Origin: Candidatus Saccharimonadota bacterium
Lineage (GTDB): Bacteria > Patescibacteriota > Microgenomatia > UBA1406 > GWC2-37-13
Direction: 5' to 3'
Assembly: GCA_016700135.1 (NCBI GenBank)
Contig: CP065004.1
Location: 1,290,001 to 1,322,000 of the forward strand
Length of the DNA: 32,000 bases
This document shows positions 31,944 to 32,000 of the stretch, piece by piece. Each line of letters opens with the position of its first letter. The first letter of the stretch is position 1. The position numbers and the translations under genes are program-made. A model generated the notes under the pieces. It worked only from the letters and a program-made list of their open reading frames with translations. It searched no databases and had not been told where the DNA came from.

Positions 31944-31964
31944 ACTTTCTTTTTTAAAGAAAGT
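31944..31964 (+). terminator. Weak AT-rich hairpin downstream of the tRNA-binding protein gene
   Basis: ACTTTCTTT-ttt-AAAGAAAGT forms a 9-bp perfect stem. No clean U-tract follows directly, so terminator function is uncertain. Confidence 0.3.
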
Positions 31965-32000
31965 CTTGTATGATGTTTTCATTCGTTAACTATCTATTAT

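Overview
Gene-dense, moderately AT-rich bacterial housekeeping segment. SecA, FtsH, TsaD/TsaE and a Pol I-type 5'-3' exonuclease show it is bacterial. A short AlaRS, a minimal SufD, a TsaC-TsaE fusion and Thr/Pro-rich surface proteins suggest a reduced-genome (CPR/Patescibacteria-like) lineage; this is inference only. Stop codons TAA, TGA and TAG are all used, so the genetic code is standard. Layout: (1) 1-12.5 kb, minus strand: Lon N-terminus, an IS element, a two-subunit 2-oxoacid:ferredoxin oxidoreductase, a Cys-rich 56-aa ORF, ferredoxin, sufU-sufS-sufD-sufB-sufC, tsaD, a jelly-roll secreted protein and a tsaC-tsaE fusion. (2) 12.6-24.3 kb, mostly plus strand: ftsH, 5'-3' exonuclease, a membrane protein, glmS, a GT2 (minus), an EEP-family surface nuclease/phosphatase, an ABC-2 exporter pair, a long divergent purA and a bPH membrane protein. 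(3) 24.3-29.1 kb, minus strand: secA, two envelope proteins and nnrD. (4) 29.3-32 kb, plus strand: alaS, a four-helix-bundle (23S-IVS/Avd-like) gene and a Trbp111/CsaA-type tRNA-binding protein. I found no rRNA, tRNA or CRISPR array. No self-contained novel multi-gene system is evident. The non-obvious signals are: (a) -10 hexamers fixed 5-9 nt upstream of many start codons, implying leaderless expression; (b) a two-copy long-hairpin repeat family with coordinated arm changes, plus other GC-rich structured spacers inside the suf cluster; (c) three CTACNNC heptad arrays bracketing alaS and the four-helix-bundle cassette; (d) a GTCAT...ATC hairpin family, one copy apparently carrying a nested insert; (e) a metallothionein-like CxCxxCxC mini-ORF; (f) four homopolymer frameshifts, including one in essential alaS, and one in-frame TAA. 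The frameshifts most likely reflect assembly indel errors.
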